64,000 nt of DNA from Gracilinanus agilis (taxonomy: Eukaryota): NCBI RefSeq assembly GCF_016433145.1, contig NC_058132.1, positions 8,523,705 through 8,587,704 on the forward strand, in the 5' to 3' direction. The notes beneath the pieces were generated by a model. The model saw nothing but the letters and a program-made list of their open reading frames with translations. It did not search any database and had not been told where the DNA came from. The translations under genes and the position numbers were made by a program. Shown piece by piece: positions 17,879 through 30,042 of this stretch (within the stretch, counting starts at the first letter, position 1; each line of letters begins with the position of its first letter).

Positions 17879-18900
17879 AGAAAAAAGGAAGTTACTCCAG
17901 GAGAGGGAGCACTAGTCCCTGGGCAGATGGGAAAAGACAATTGTGTGAAGAGAGGAGTCAGCAGCTGAGCTGAGCAGAGCTAGCCAGGAAGCCTGGGATT
18001 GATTCTGAGGCGGCACCGGGAGGTGGGCTGGATGCCCTCCTTGAGGGCAGGGAACCGTTTCTGCTTTTCTTTGCATCCCTGGCTCTTAGGAGGAGACCTG
18101 GCAGACAGACACTTCATTAGTGTTTATTAAGACATGGAGTAAGGCAGCTGATTCCGCTTTGGGGATGCTTTTCAAGATTAGGAAGTTTTCCCTGATCTCA
18201 AGGCTAAATTTGCCTTTCAGTAACTTCCAGCAGCTGCTCCTAGACGGGGCCCACCAGGCAATCTAAACCTTAACCTCACCCTACCCCCATTTTACACATT
18301 TTACCCCATTTTACAGGAGGGTAAACTGAGATCTGGAGTAAGGTACTGACTCTTTAAGCCCACACAGCTACATTAAGCATTAGAATCTCTAATGCTCGCC
18401 CCAGATTCACCCACTAAAGCGCAGGCCTCCCCTTCAAGTCTTGAATCCCAGCACCCAGTTCTGGGTTCCCAGGCTTGACTGGAGGCTCAGCCCCTGGTCC
18501 CAGAAGCTTAGGGACAGCTCAGCTCCTCCATCACACTCTCAGGACCTAGTATCTCCAGACTAGGGCAGGAAGGAAGGGAAGACAGAGGGGGGCCGAGGAA
18601 GAAGGCTCCAGAGAAGGCAGACAGAACCCAGGGGGCCAAGAAGAGGAGCATCGCATCCATCGGAGCCTTCGGGTGACCTCTGAGGCTTTGGGCAGGGCAG
18701 GGATTGCAGGGGAACTGAGGTGGGTTATACACTTTCTAGAGCGCATCCCTTCAGTCCTGGCATGGCCATGGAGTGTTCCCTCTTATCTTTGAAGCGAGGA
18801 GGGACATTCCTGCTTAGTTCTGAGTAGGTCTTCTTTCCCCACCCAGAGGAGGTGAAGAGCCTCCCAGTGTCCCAACTTTGGGCTGTCTTAACAATGATGG

Positions 18901-19320
18901 CTTTCAAATCTGACCTCAGACACTTCCTGACTGTGTGATCCTGGCCAAGTCACTTAACCTCCCTTGCCTAGCCCTTCCTGCTCTTCTGCCTTGGAACCAA
19001 AACTCAGTATTGAGTCCAAGACAGTAGGTAAGGGTTTAAAAAAGAGAAAAAAGAAAAAGTGCCTGGATTTAAGAGATGGTGTTTCTTGTTCAAGGAAACA
19101 CCCTGAGGTCTGTGTACCAGGATTGAAGAGTAAGTACATGGCAGGCAGCTAGGTGGCTCAGTGGATAGAAAGCTAGGCCTGGAGACTGGAGGTCCCGGGT
19201 ACAAATTTGGCCTCAGATGCTTCCTAGATGTGTGATCCTGGGCAAGTCGCTTGACCCCAATTGCCCGCCTCTTCTTACCTTACACTCTTCTGCCTTATAT
19301 CAATTCTAAGACAGAAGGTA
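18901..19320 (+). mobile_element. Two marsupial SINEs (MAR1/SINE1_Mdo-like)
   Basis: ttcaaatctgacctcagacacttcct...gcaagtcactt...aagggttt and gcagctaggtggctcagtggatagaaag... Confidence 0.8.
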
Positions 19321-19539
19321 AGGCTGGGTTTGTTGTTTTTTTTAAGAGTACCTGAGTGGGGCTGGGGGTAGGCAAAGGGTAAGAAGACTAGAAGCATAAG
19401 GGGGTTGAGCAGGTTATTAGGAACTTTCATGCCAGATGAGTTTCAATTTGATCCAGGAGGTAATAGGGAGTCCCAGGAATTGTTTGAGGCAGAGGGGAGG
19501 GTGACATAGTCAGAACTATTACTTAGAAAGATCTTTTTG

Positions 19540-20450
19540 AAAAGGCAAATGAAAGCAACTCTGAGGTACCACTTCACACCTATCAGATTGGTCCAGATGA
19601 CAGTAAAGGAAAATGATAAATGTTGGAGAGGACAGGGCAAAATTGGGACACTAATGCATTATTGGTGGAGTTGTGAACTGATCTAACAGTTCTGGAGAGC
19701 AATTTGGAACTCTGCCCAAAGACTATGAAACTGTGCTTACTCTTTGATCCAGCAATACCACTACTAATCCCAAAGAGATTTTTAAAGGGGGTTGGGGGGT
19801 GAGGACCCACATGAACAAAAATAGAGAGAGCTGCTCTTTTTGTGGTAGCAAAGAATTCATAACTAAAGGGATGCCCATCAGTCGGGGAATGGCTGAACAA
19901 ACGGTGGTATATGATAGTGATGGAATACTATTGTGCTATAATACATGATGAACCAGATGATTTCAGAAAGACTTACATGAACTGATGCAGAATGAAATAA
20001 GCAGAACCAGGAAAACATTGTACACTCTTAACAGCAATATTGTGGAATGAGCTACTGTAACAGATTGAGCTACTCTCAGCAATACAATGATCCAGGACAA
20101 TTCTGAGTGATGTAGGACAAAGAATGCGGTCCACCTCTGGAGAAAGAACTGTGGGAGTTCTTTCTTTCAGAGGCAGATCAAAGCAGACTATTTTTCTCTG
20201 GGGGTGGGAGGTGTATTTACAGTTTTATTGGGGAGTTTTGGTTTTCTATGAGTTTTCTCTCACAACAATAACCAGTTTTGCATGATAATACACAATACTA
20301 ATATAATCCAGATTAAATCCCTTACCATCTCTGAGGGGGGAGGAAGGAAAGGAGGAAGGAAGGGAGACAATTCGGCTCTTAGAATTTCAGAAAACACATG
20401 TGGAAGATTATTATTACATATATCGGGAAAGTAAAATATCTTTGAATAAA
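19540..20450 (+). mobile_element. LINE-1 3' fragment
   Basis: aaagcaactctgaggtaccacttcacacctatcagattgg...ggagagcaatttggaact..., L1 3'UTR-like sequence and A-rich tail. Confidence 0.8.
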
Positions 20451-21054
20451 AAAGAAGAACTAAAGATCTCCTCTTAATAGAGGAGAGGCTCCAAAAGGTA
20501 CACACTCTTGCCAGGCCGACCCACCAGCAGGCTGTTGCCATAGTCCATTTGTGAGGTGATGAGGACCTGTGCCAGGATGGTGGCAGTGCCAGGAGAGAGA
20601 AGGGAGTCTCTGCGCAAGATGTTAGTGAAACCTTGGAAACAGATTGACTATGAGGGAAGAGTCTAGCCCGGCACTTGGATTTTGAGCCTGCATGATTGGT
20701 TGGCTGGCAGTACCCTCTAAAATAATAGGGAAGTTAGGAAGAGGGGAGGGCTTCTGAGAAGACAAGGAGTTTGGCTTTGGGTGTGTTGAATTTAAAATTC
20801 CTTTGAGCCATCCAGGTCAAGATGTCTTCTAGGAAGATGTGAGCCTGGAGTGAGCTGGACAAAGAGATCTCAGAATCTCAGGAGCTGGAGAGGTGGCCAA
20901 TTGAAGTATTCTAGGAGAACAGAAGAGGGCCCGTGGCAAAGCTCTGTGGGATCCCTGATCAGTGGTGTGCCCTGGGTGAACATCCAGCAGTGGAGACTGA
21001 GGAACAGTCACTTAGGAGACCCAGGGAAGAGTGTCAGTGAAAAGACAGTGACTA

Positions 21055-21228
21055 GATTGAGAGTCAGGCCTAGAGACGGGAGGTCCTAGGTTCAAATCCA
21101 GCCGTAGACACTTCTGAGCTGTGTGACCCTGGGCAAGTCACTTGACCCCCATTGCCCACCCTTACCACTCTTCCACCAAGGACCCAATACACAGAGGTTA
21201 AGGGTTAAAAAAGAAAAAAAAAAAAAAA
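21055..21228 (+). mobile_element. 5'-truncated SINE1_Mdo with 15-bp target-site duplication
   Basis: AAAAGACAGTGACTA on both sides (21040-21054 and ending at 21239), polyA tail, canonical SINE body. Confidence 0.9.
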
Positions 21229-21635
21229 GACAGTGACTAACTGGCAAAGGCTTTAAAGAGATCAGGAAGGGAAGGAGGGACATAGCTAGTAACTTTGGAA
21301 AGAGTAGCCTGGGTTGAATGATGAGGTCAGAAAAACCTGCAGAGGGTTAAGAAGAAAGGAAGCAGAGAGGAAGTGGAGGCCCCTCCTGTAAACAGCCTGC
21401 TCTAAGAATTTTGCACCTATGAGAAGAGAGATAAGGGATAGATGAATTAAGTGAGGGTAACCCTTACAATACTGTGTATCAGTTCTAAGACAGAAGAGCA
21501 GTAAGGGCTAGGCAATGGGTGTTAAGTGACTTGCCCAGGGTCACACAGCCAGGAACCCTGGATTTCCCATCTCTAGGGCTGGCTCTTTATTCACTGAGCC
21601 ACCCAGTTGCCCCATTCTCACCAACAGAGTATTTT

Positions 21636-21997
21636 TTTTTTTTAATTTTAAACCCTTAACTTCTGTGTATTGACTTATAGGTGGAAGATTGGTAAGGGTA
21701 GGCAATGGGGGTCAAGTGACTTGCCGAGGGTCACACAGCTGGGAAGTGTCTGAAGCCAGATTTGAACCTAGGCCTGGCTCTCAATTCACTGAGCTACCCA
21801 GCTGCCCCCCCCTTTTTTTTTAAACCCTTAACTTCTGTGTATTGACTTATAGGTGGAAGAGTGGTAAGGGTAGGCAATGGGGGTTAAGTGACTTGCCCAG
21901 GGTTACACAGCTGGGAAGTGTCTGAGGCTGGATTTGAACCTAGGACCTCCCGTCTCTAGGCCTGGCTCTCAATCCACTGAGCTACCCAGCTGCCCCC
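21636..21997 (-). mobile_element. Tandem pair of SINE1_Mdo copies inside one target-site duplication
   Basis: Two near-identical reverse copies (about 21636-21810 and 21813-21997) flanked by CAACAGAGTATTTT at 21622-21635 and 21997-22010. Confidence 0.85.
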
Positions 21998-23380
21998 AAC
22001 AGAGTATTTTGAGGGAGAAGCTTGGGCATATTTGTTGGAAGTGTGAAAGTAGGCAGTAGATAAGGAGATATTGAAGCTAAATGAGAAAATGGCGGGGAGG
22101 CAATCTGCTAGAGAAAGGATGCAGTGTGTGCATGTGAATGGATGCAATTTGTTTAGCCTTCCTCCACATTGACTAGCACCCATTTTGTTTCTGGGTCTTT
22201 CCTGCTATGAAATGGGCTGTTAGAAGTCCATTTGCATACATGGGTATTCTACTCTATCTTTGCTCTTCTTGGGGCATTTGCTTCACAAAATGTTTTCCTG
22301 AATGGTGACACCAAATTTAGCGCTCCACCGATAATGTATTAGCACGCCTGACTTCTCAAAGACCGTTCAATATCCCTCACGTTGTCTACCATCTTTGCCA
22401 AACTGATGGGTTTGAGGTGAAATCTTTTTTTAAACCCTTTCTTCCTATCTTTGAATTCAACCAAGTATCAGTTCCAAAGCAGAACAGGGGTAAGGGCTAG
22501 GAAACCAGGGTTAAATGACTCGCTCAAGAGCACACAGCCAAGAAGTTGTCTGAGGCCAGATTTGTACCCAAGTCCTCCCAGCTCCAGGCCTGGGTTTGAG
22601 GTAAAATATTCTGACTTGTCTTCATTTGTACTTCTTGTTATTCTTTCATAGGGTTGTGGAAACTTTGCATTTATTTGGAAAACTTCCTGTTTACATTCTC
22701 TGCCTACCTAATCTATTGGGGAATGGCTCCAGTACGTCTCATGAATGGATCACGCATGGGCAATGCTCATGGATCGGCTTGTATCATGGAATCCCGGGAT
22801 GTGGAAAGGACCTCAGCCAGCAGGAGTCCAACCCAGCTGCCTATGACTCTTGGATGTTAGACTTTTCTCCAGGTACTGGAGGCAGATTTCTCCCCCCTCC
22901 TCCACCTGGAAACTGTTGTTCTCATTTGAATTGCCTTGATTTTATTCATTCAACAGCTTTTCTCATTTCTAGGACCTAAATTATCCTCTGACTTTTAGTT
23001 GACACAAGAAAATGCTGGCAACATACTTTCCCATTTAATCAGCATCATGAACGAGAACGTTTCTTCCCCACTTTCTTACAGAACCAGAAATCAAGACTTG
23101 ATTTGTAGCATTTGCCAGATTTCCCAGGACTCTGAGCTGCCTGCAGCAACCCGCCTTCATCTTGCTTCATTTAGAATTCTAGGGCTAGCCATAGGGATTC
23201 CTTCATTCACAGGCAAGGAAACCGAGGGAGGGAGTTTGGGCTAAACACGGAAGTGGCAGGGCAGAGACGCAAACTCCAAGGGCAGGCCTCGGCCCACTCC
23301 GGCCCACTCCGCCGAGTTTGCCGTCTTAGGGTCATGAAGCTGGAGAAGCCGCTCGGCTGGGCAGGGGATAGGCTGGAAGC

Positions 23381-25245
23381 TCAGGTTCTGTCCTGGCTGA
23401 ACCGGAGCCCGATCTGCCTCCTTGCTTCCTCCAGGATGTCTGCCAGGAGCTCACTCTCTGCCAAGGGCATGACAGGGCTCTCCTTCAGACCTGGGGGGAG
23501 AGGGGGCACGAGGATGAGGATCCTGAGCGGGCCAGCCCGGCTCTCCCAGCATGTTCCTCCCCAGGCTGCCCAGGCTCACCCTGCAGCAGACACTGCCGCA
23601 CGTGCTGGGCCTCATACACCAGGCCGATGGACTTGACGAAATTGAACGTCTCCGTGCCGGCAACGGCGGGCAGTGGGAACTCGGAGCGCTTCCCGTTCAC
23701 GACCAGCTCAGTGGGGCACCACATGGTGGAAGGGATCTGGGAGGAGGGAGCCGGGGCAGGCCAGGGGTCAGGCCTTCCCTGGGCCCCCCCATCTGCTCCC
23801 CGGTGTCCCGGGCCTAGCGTCCTGTGGGTTCTCTCACCTGTGCTTGGCCCTGGGTTCCAAACACGGTGAGGGAGTTGGGCAGCACAGTGGTGATGCTAGA
23901 GGTGAAGGAGGCCTGGAGCCCGCCGGGGTACTGGAGGACCACTGTCACCGTGTCATCCACACCTAGCAGCGGGAAGGCCACCAGTAGTGCTCCACCCCGT
24001 GTTTGGGGAAGCCTCTCCACAGGCCCGGCCCACCCCCAGGAGCCCAAGCCCCGGCCCATACCCTTCTCGTGAAGCAGCCCCACAGCGTGGATCTTTTCAG
24101 GCCGCTGGGCCCCCGCCACCATGGAGATGAACTGGAGGCAGTAGATGCCCACGTCCAGCAGCCCGCCCCCTGCCTGGGCCCAGTCAGTTACGCGGGACGG
24201 AAAATTCAATTCGGGGTGCATTCCAAAGTCGGCCCGGACCAGGCGCACCTCCCCGAGGGTGCCCTGCGCCAGCACAGCCCGCAGCGCCTCCGCCGCGGGG
24301 AAGAAGCGGGTCCAGATGGCCTGGAGAAGGAGGAGAGGTGGGAGGCGGAGCCTGCTGGGGCTAAGGCCTTGGGGAAGCGCCCCTGAACCCCGAGTCCGAC
24401 CTGAGCCCCAGCACCGACTCCCGCGCTACAGTTCCCGGGAGGGAGGGAAGGCTGCGGCGGTCCTTCGGGACCTTCACCCCTTGGGGGGGGGCTGCTGGCA
24501 AGCCAGTCACACGGGTCTCTCACCTCCATCAGGAAGCGGCCTCGGGTCCGGGCGGCCGCCACCATCTCTCGGACCTCAGCCGCAGTGACCCCGAGAGGCT
24601 TCTCGCACAGCACCGGCTTGCCAGCCTCCAAGCTCTGCAGGACCCCCCGTAAGTGCTGCGGGTGCTGGGTGCCCACATACACCACGTCTGCGGAGGAGAG
24701 CAGCGCCCAACTAAGGGGCGGGGCTGCGTAGGGCTCCCCCCAATCAGCGAGGCCAGGACCGCCCTCCTCCCGAGGACAACTCCAGCAGAAGCCCCGCCCA
24801 CAGGCCGCCCTCCGGCAGAGACCCCGCCCACAGAGCCTCTCCCCTCCCCCCTCCCTAGTCTCCGAGGTCCGAGGTTCAGGCCTCACCCACGTCGGGGTCC
24901 TCCAGCAGGTCCTCGTAAGAGCCGTAGGCCTTGGGGATTTCGTGCCTCCTGGCAAAGTCCTGGGCCCGGCCGAGGTCCCTGGCGGCCACGGCTACTACCT
25001 GGGGACGGAGATTGCTTTCCACCCTCATGCGGGTCTCCACCTCAGCGTGCCCGGAGGCGCCCCCTCCCCCGCTCCAGCTCCAGCTCCAGCGCCCGCCCCC
25101 CAGGGGCCCGGAAGGCCCCGCCGCGGGCCGCCGGAGGAGGTGGCGCGACCTGGTGCTCGGAGCGAGGCAGACTCCGCAGGGCCGTGACGAAGTCATGGGA
25201 GATAAGGCCGGCGGACAGGACGCCCCAGCGCAGAGCCCGGGCCAT
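23381..25245 (-). CDS. DHDH: Dimeric dihydrodiol dehydrogenase (Gfo/Idh/MocA family), 7 exons, 340 aa
   Basis: Exons 25245-25150, 24998-24887, 24687-24524, 24320-24062, 23962-23838, 23736-23580, 23490-23381; 1023 nt in frame. [45 protein letters not shown]; ends [10 protein letters not shown]. Confidence 0.95.
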
Positions 25246-26578
25246 CTCGGCGGCTCCCCTCGGCGGACTTGGCCCTCCTGCCCTCGGGAGAGTCTGGCAG
25301 AGTCCAGCAGGGGAGGGCGGGGAGGCCGGCCCAGGTCTGGGGCCTCCCAGGGGGCGGGAGCCGTTATGTAAATGCCTGTTGGTTTCCCTGCGGCGGGGAG
25401 GAGCCTGGCGAGGGCCTGGGCACAGGGAAGCACCACACTCACTCACTCACTCAGGATCAGCCGCGCACAAGGGCTGCCGATTTGCCCAGGGCCCACCGCT
25501 GGGAACATCCGAGGTTAAATTTGAACCCAGGGCCTGGCACCCTCCTCTTGTCCTAAGGCTTTTCCCTGCATTGGACACTGACGTAAGCAAGCCATGACGT
25601 CTAAATGCGCCTACTGGAGGCAGAGCCTCCCCGGAGTGGCGCCACAGCGACTCAGCCAGCCCAGCTTCCCCCTGGACACCTGGAGACTCCCCTTATTTAC
25701 AGCGGCCAAGAGGCCCCCCAGCTCGCTCCCCACCTTCCCCACCTGAATCCGCGGCCTCCTCTCCCAGAACCTTCCACACTGTGCCCATCCCCTCTGGCAC
25801 CCCAAAGCCCCCCTCCAGCCCAGCTCTCCCACCTGCCTATTGGACATGCCCCTGGGATGCCCTGCCTGAAGAGTGGCCCATTCCCTTCCCCCAAGCCTGC
25901 TCCTCTCCCAACCCTGTTCTCCCATGGCCCTGGGACAGGCACTCCATGCTCCATCCTTCCACCTGCCAGGTCAGTACCATCCTGCTGCCCTCCACAGGCC
26001 CAGAGACGGGAGGTCCCGGGTTCCACTGTGGCCTCAGACTCTAGCTGGGTGGCCCTGGGCAAGACACCTGACCCCCTCTTCTGCCTGGGACCAGCAAGCA
26101 GCACAGTGTGGCTCCCAAGCTGGAAGGTCAGGGGCTAAACGGGCTGGTACAAACGAACCCTCCGGAACCCTGCGGGCCAGCCTGCAGCTCGGCCTCCCTG
26201 TGCCCTCTCAGGCCGAACAGAACCTTCCAGGCCACCTCCACGTGCCCAGCTTTGCAGCCTGGAAGGCCGGAGCTCCTGAATCTGCTCTCCTCTCCATTGC
26301 CAGCGCCGAGGCACCAAGTGCGCCAAAGAGGGCAGAAACCCAAGCAGGGAGCCGCCATCTCTCCTGGACTCCACCAAAAGGAAACAGCCAAAGGCCATGC
26401 GTCCAAAATGGCAGAAAACCTGCAAGCTGGCCCAGGCCCCGAGGGAGGGGAAGGGAAGGGAAAGGAGGGGGTGGCTGGGGAAGAGGGAAGACAGTCTGGC
26501 AGAGAGTGGCCCCCCCAGAACCACCCTCCGTGCCCAGAAGAGCAGACACAAACAGGACGCCGCACTGCCCACAAAGTC

Positions 26579-26584
26579 TTTATT
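26579..26584 (-). terminator. NUCB1 polyadenylation signal AATAAA
   Basis: TTTATT on the plus strand, about 17 nt past the predicted stop. Confidence 0.6.
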
Positions 26585-26600
26585 GGGGGCTTGGAGAGCA

Positions 26601-29600
26601 CTACGGCTGGGAATCGGGTGTGGGGGAGTCCGGGCCTGGGGCCGGCGCCTCCTTTTCCACGGCTGCCTCTGCGTGGGCTCCCGTCTCTGTAAATACAAGG
26701 GCGGAGAGGAAATAAGGACCCGGGCATCCTGGCTCCCAGCCCATCCTGTTTCCCATCATCCCACAGCCCAGCCACCCCACGGTTCTTGCTGCCCAGAAGG
26801 AGAGGTTGGGAGAGGCCTGGCTGGGCTTGGGCACCTGTCTGGGGCTGGAAGAGGAGCTGTCCATCAGGGCCAGGCGCTGGCGGGTCTGGGGACAGCTGCT
26901 GCTTCCTCTGCTCCATGTTGAGGACAGCCTGGAGGGGTACAGAGATGGGGTGTTGGGGGTGAGGAAGTCCAGGGCCCCGACACCCCGCCCCACCTGGGTG
27001 CCTCCAGGGATGAGCCCAGGCACCTGCTGCAGCTCCTTCTTCTGGGCTTCCAGCAGCCCCTGAGAGTGGTCCAGGGCCTGGCTCTCCTGGCTCAGCCGCT
27101 GGGCCTGGGCCGCCAGCTCAGCCTCCCTCGCCGCCAGTTCTGCCTCGAAGCGCCGCAGTTCCTCCTCGGTGTAAGCCGGGTGCTCCTCCAGGGTCTGCGG
27201 GGAGGCAGAGTCAGTGGGCCCTTCCTCGGCCCTCCTCGGGGCGGGGGAGCCCTTGCTGCTCATGCCAAGGATCAGAGGCAGGGAGACAACAGGGGAGAGG
27301 CAGCCCCACTGGGATCTGGGGAGGTGGCCAAGGGGACCCCGCTGCCCCCCAGCCCTTTCCGGTCACCTCCCAGCCCTTTGGCGCGGCTTCTTCAAAATCC
27401 TTCCTCTGTGTGGAGAGCAGGAACTCCTCAAGGGTGACCAGACGGTCCTGGTTTGTGTCCACCTAAGGGATGGGGCCAGGCGTGAGCGAGGAGCAGGGGA
27501 AGGCAGGGGGCCGCCCCCTGGGGCTCACAGGCTCACCGTCTTCATCACGTGCTCCCGCATCCGCAGCCGCTCTTCCTCCATCTCCCGCATGTCGTCGTCC
27601 TCGTTCTTGGGGTCGTACACCTTCTCCAGCTACGTGGGGAGGGGCGAGGTGGCGGGTCAGAGGGGGCCAGACCCAGCACTCAGCAGTCCGGGCCCAGGGC
27701 CCAACTCACCTCCTTGGTAAAGAGGGCCTCCAGCTCCTGCTCGTCCAGGACGCCATCACTGTTCGTGTCTGGGGGAGGCAGTACAGAGGCACACGTCGTG
27801 GAGGCTCAAGGCTCAGGGTGGCAGGCAGACCACACTGGGGCATGGGGCTCCCCCGCTTCAGGCCCGGGACTGGAGTGGAGGGACTCAGCCAGCTCGGGCC
27901 TCACGGGGTATTCCTTCTGGGGTAGCCTCGAGAGGCCTTTTGGGGCTCAGAGAAGTCAGTGGCCGCTGGGGACCAGGCACTGCCCCAACTGACCAGGCCA
28001 CCTCGGCCTCCAGGGTACCGAGGCCGGATCCTAGGCTGTCCCGCCAAGGACTCACCGTGCAGCCTGAAGAAGGTCTTAGGGTTGAATTCGGTGGGATCCA
28101 ACCCGTCCGTCTCCTCCCACACCTCCTTCAGCTGGGCCTCGCTGCCCTGTGGGGGCAGGGGGAGAGCCAAGGGCCACTCTGGGGCCCACGGACAGGAACA
28201 GGATGGGGGAAGCCCAGCCTCCCCTTCCCAGGGATGCACAGAACGGGGATGGAGGGGTGCCATGGGAGAAGAGAGCCGTGGGTCAGCCCCAGGCCTAACA
28301 GTGATGTACAGAATGGGGATGGAGGGGTGCCAAGGGAGAGGGAAGCCACGGGTCACCCCCAGGCCTCCCAGGGATACACAAATTGGGATGGAGGGATGCT
28401 GGGGGAGAGGGGAGCCGCAGACCACCCCCAGGGCCCTGCCCTCACTGGCACATTGAGCCTGGGGTGCTGCCGGTGCCTTTGCCTCTGCTCCTCCAGCCTC
28501 CGCTCTTCTGCTAGCCGCTGCTCCTGCCCCAGGGAGTCCAGGTAGCGCCGCCGCTCGTGCTCCTTCAGCATCTCGTAACGTTTGAATTCTTCGTGGTGGG
28601 CTGCATCGTATTGAGCCAGGTCCCGCGTGGCCTGGGGACCCGCCATCCCAGGTCAGAGAGGCTCTGCTGCCTCCTTACTTTCTTGGCAGCCTCAGGCCTT
28701 GAGCCCTGTCCCTGAGCATCTGCCTGAGGGAGGCTGCAAGGCCAGCGTCCTGGAGAGCCCGGCCCCATGAGCCAACGTGTCCCCAGCCCTTGTCAGAAGG
28801 CCAGCCTGGCCTCGCCACCTTCCGTGGGCCCCTGGTGAGGCTGGGAGGCCAGGAGCTCGGGGCCCGGGGCGGGGAGTCTCACCGTCTGGATCAGCAGCTC
28901 CAGGTCTCGGGCCTCAAACGTGTGCTGGTTCTGAGGGTCCAGGTGCTCAAACTGCTTCAGCAGGGTTAGGTGGTCCACTTGCACCTCTGGGGCCCAGGAG
29001 TGAAGGACATGCTCAGAAGGGAGCAGAAGGGAACTGGGCTGCAGAGGCCCCTCCCCGGCGTCCGGGCCTCACCTGGCTCCTGGGAAGCGTCCATCTTGGC
29101 CTTGAGCAGCATCCGCAGGCGGGATACCTCCTGCCGCTTGAGCTCGTCCAGCTTGGTCCGAATGTGGTGGCTGACAAAGTCAAGCTCACGACTCAGCTTC
29201 CCGCTCTGGGCCCCAGAAGACAGGGAGAGGGAAGGCGGTCAGGAGGTTGTCTGGGGGCCTGAAGCTGGAGGCACCTGCCCCGGCCCCTGCCCCGGTCCCT
29301 GTCCTGGCCCCTGCCCCAGCCCACCTTGATGTCCTCGGCGTTGGCCGCCTGCAGCCGCTCCCGGAAATGCCCGTCTGTCTCCAGGACCTGGATCACCTCC
29401 TGAAGGTAGCGATGGTAATAGAGGCCCGTGTCCTAAGAAGGCAGGATGGAGGGAGGTCAGGCCGGGCTGCCGGGCCCCAAGCTCCGCTCCCTCCTTCTCT
29501 GGTGAGGCTGCCCAGGCCTCCCGGGCCCTCATGGGCAAATGCAGAACAGAGGCTGGAAAGGTAACGGGCAGGAGCCAGGGCTTCCGAAGGAGAAAGGAGG

Positions 29601-30042
29601 CACCTGGAGGCAGAAGTCTGCCAGGTGTCATGGTCCCAGCAGGGGGACTCTGCCTCCACAGCCCACCCCTCCTCCCAGAACCCCAAGGAGAGGGCCAAGC
29701 CTTCCTCTGTGCCTTTGGAAGCCAGGGGACACTCGGGCACGGTGACCCGGCCCGGGCTTTGGGTCCTTGCTTTCCCATCAATGATCCATGCCCCCACTGC
29801 AGAATGACTACAACTCCCAGAAGCCTCTGTGAGACTAAGGCACCCAGGAGGCCTGGGCACGTCAAAAAGGCTGCGGAAACACAACCAAAGTGGCTGGGCG
29901 AAACTCTCTGTCTCACCGGGGTCTCTGGAAGTGATGGTGGTGCCTCATCTTTCCTGGGCTCCGTCCGGTCCAGGGGAGCTACTTGGGCAGGCGGGGGCAG
30001 CAGAAGCAGCAGCAAAGCAGCCCACAGGCCCCAAAGCAGCAT
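26601..30042 (-). CDS. NUCB1: Nucleobindin-1, 12 coding exons, 448 aa
   Basis: Exons 30042-29917, 29432-29325, 29205-29073, 28986-28883, 28631-28446, 28146-28056, 27768-27710, 27629-27537, 27462-27367, 27194-27024, 26928-26835, 26686-26601; 1347 nt in frame. Signal peptide, [25 protein letters not shown] hands [12 protein letters not shown] and [12 protein letters not shown]. Last exon is divergent and less certain. Non-coding exon 1 ends at 30370 (GTAAGC donor). Confidence 0.95.
28225..28436 (+). repeat. 70-bp tandem repeat, about 3 copies, in a NUCB1 intron
   Basis: Units start at 28241, 28311 and 28381 (gaacggggatggaggggtgcc / gaatggggatggaggggtgcc / aattgggatggagggatgct). Confidence 0.8.

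Noticed and set aside
23290-23410. Apparent frameshift or C-terminal extension of DHDH
   Set aside because: Recounting gives ATC GGG CTC CGG TTC AGC CAG GAC AGA ACC TGA, a normal end at 23381-23383.
24653-25597. 314-aa plus-strand ORF
   Set aside because: Antisense to DHDH exons 1-3 in very GC-rich DNA with few stops; Pro/Arg/Gly-rich with no recognisable domain.
25873-26916. Several overlapping 190-280 aa ORFs between NUCB1 and DHDH
   Set aside because: Open in several frames on both strands, low complexity, no recognisable homology; expected at this GC content.
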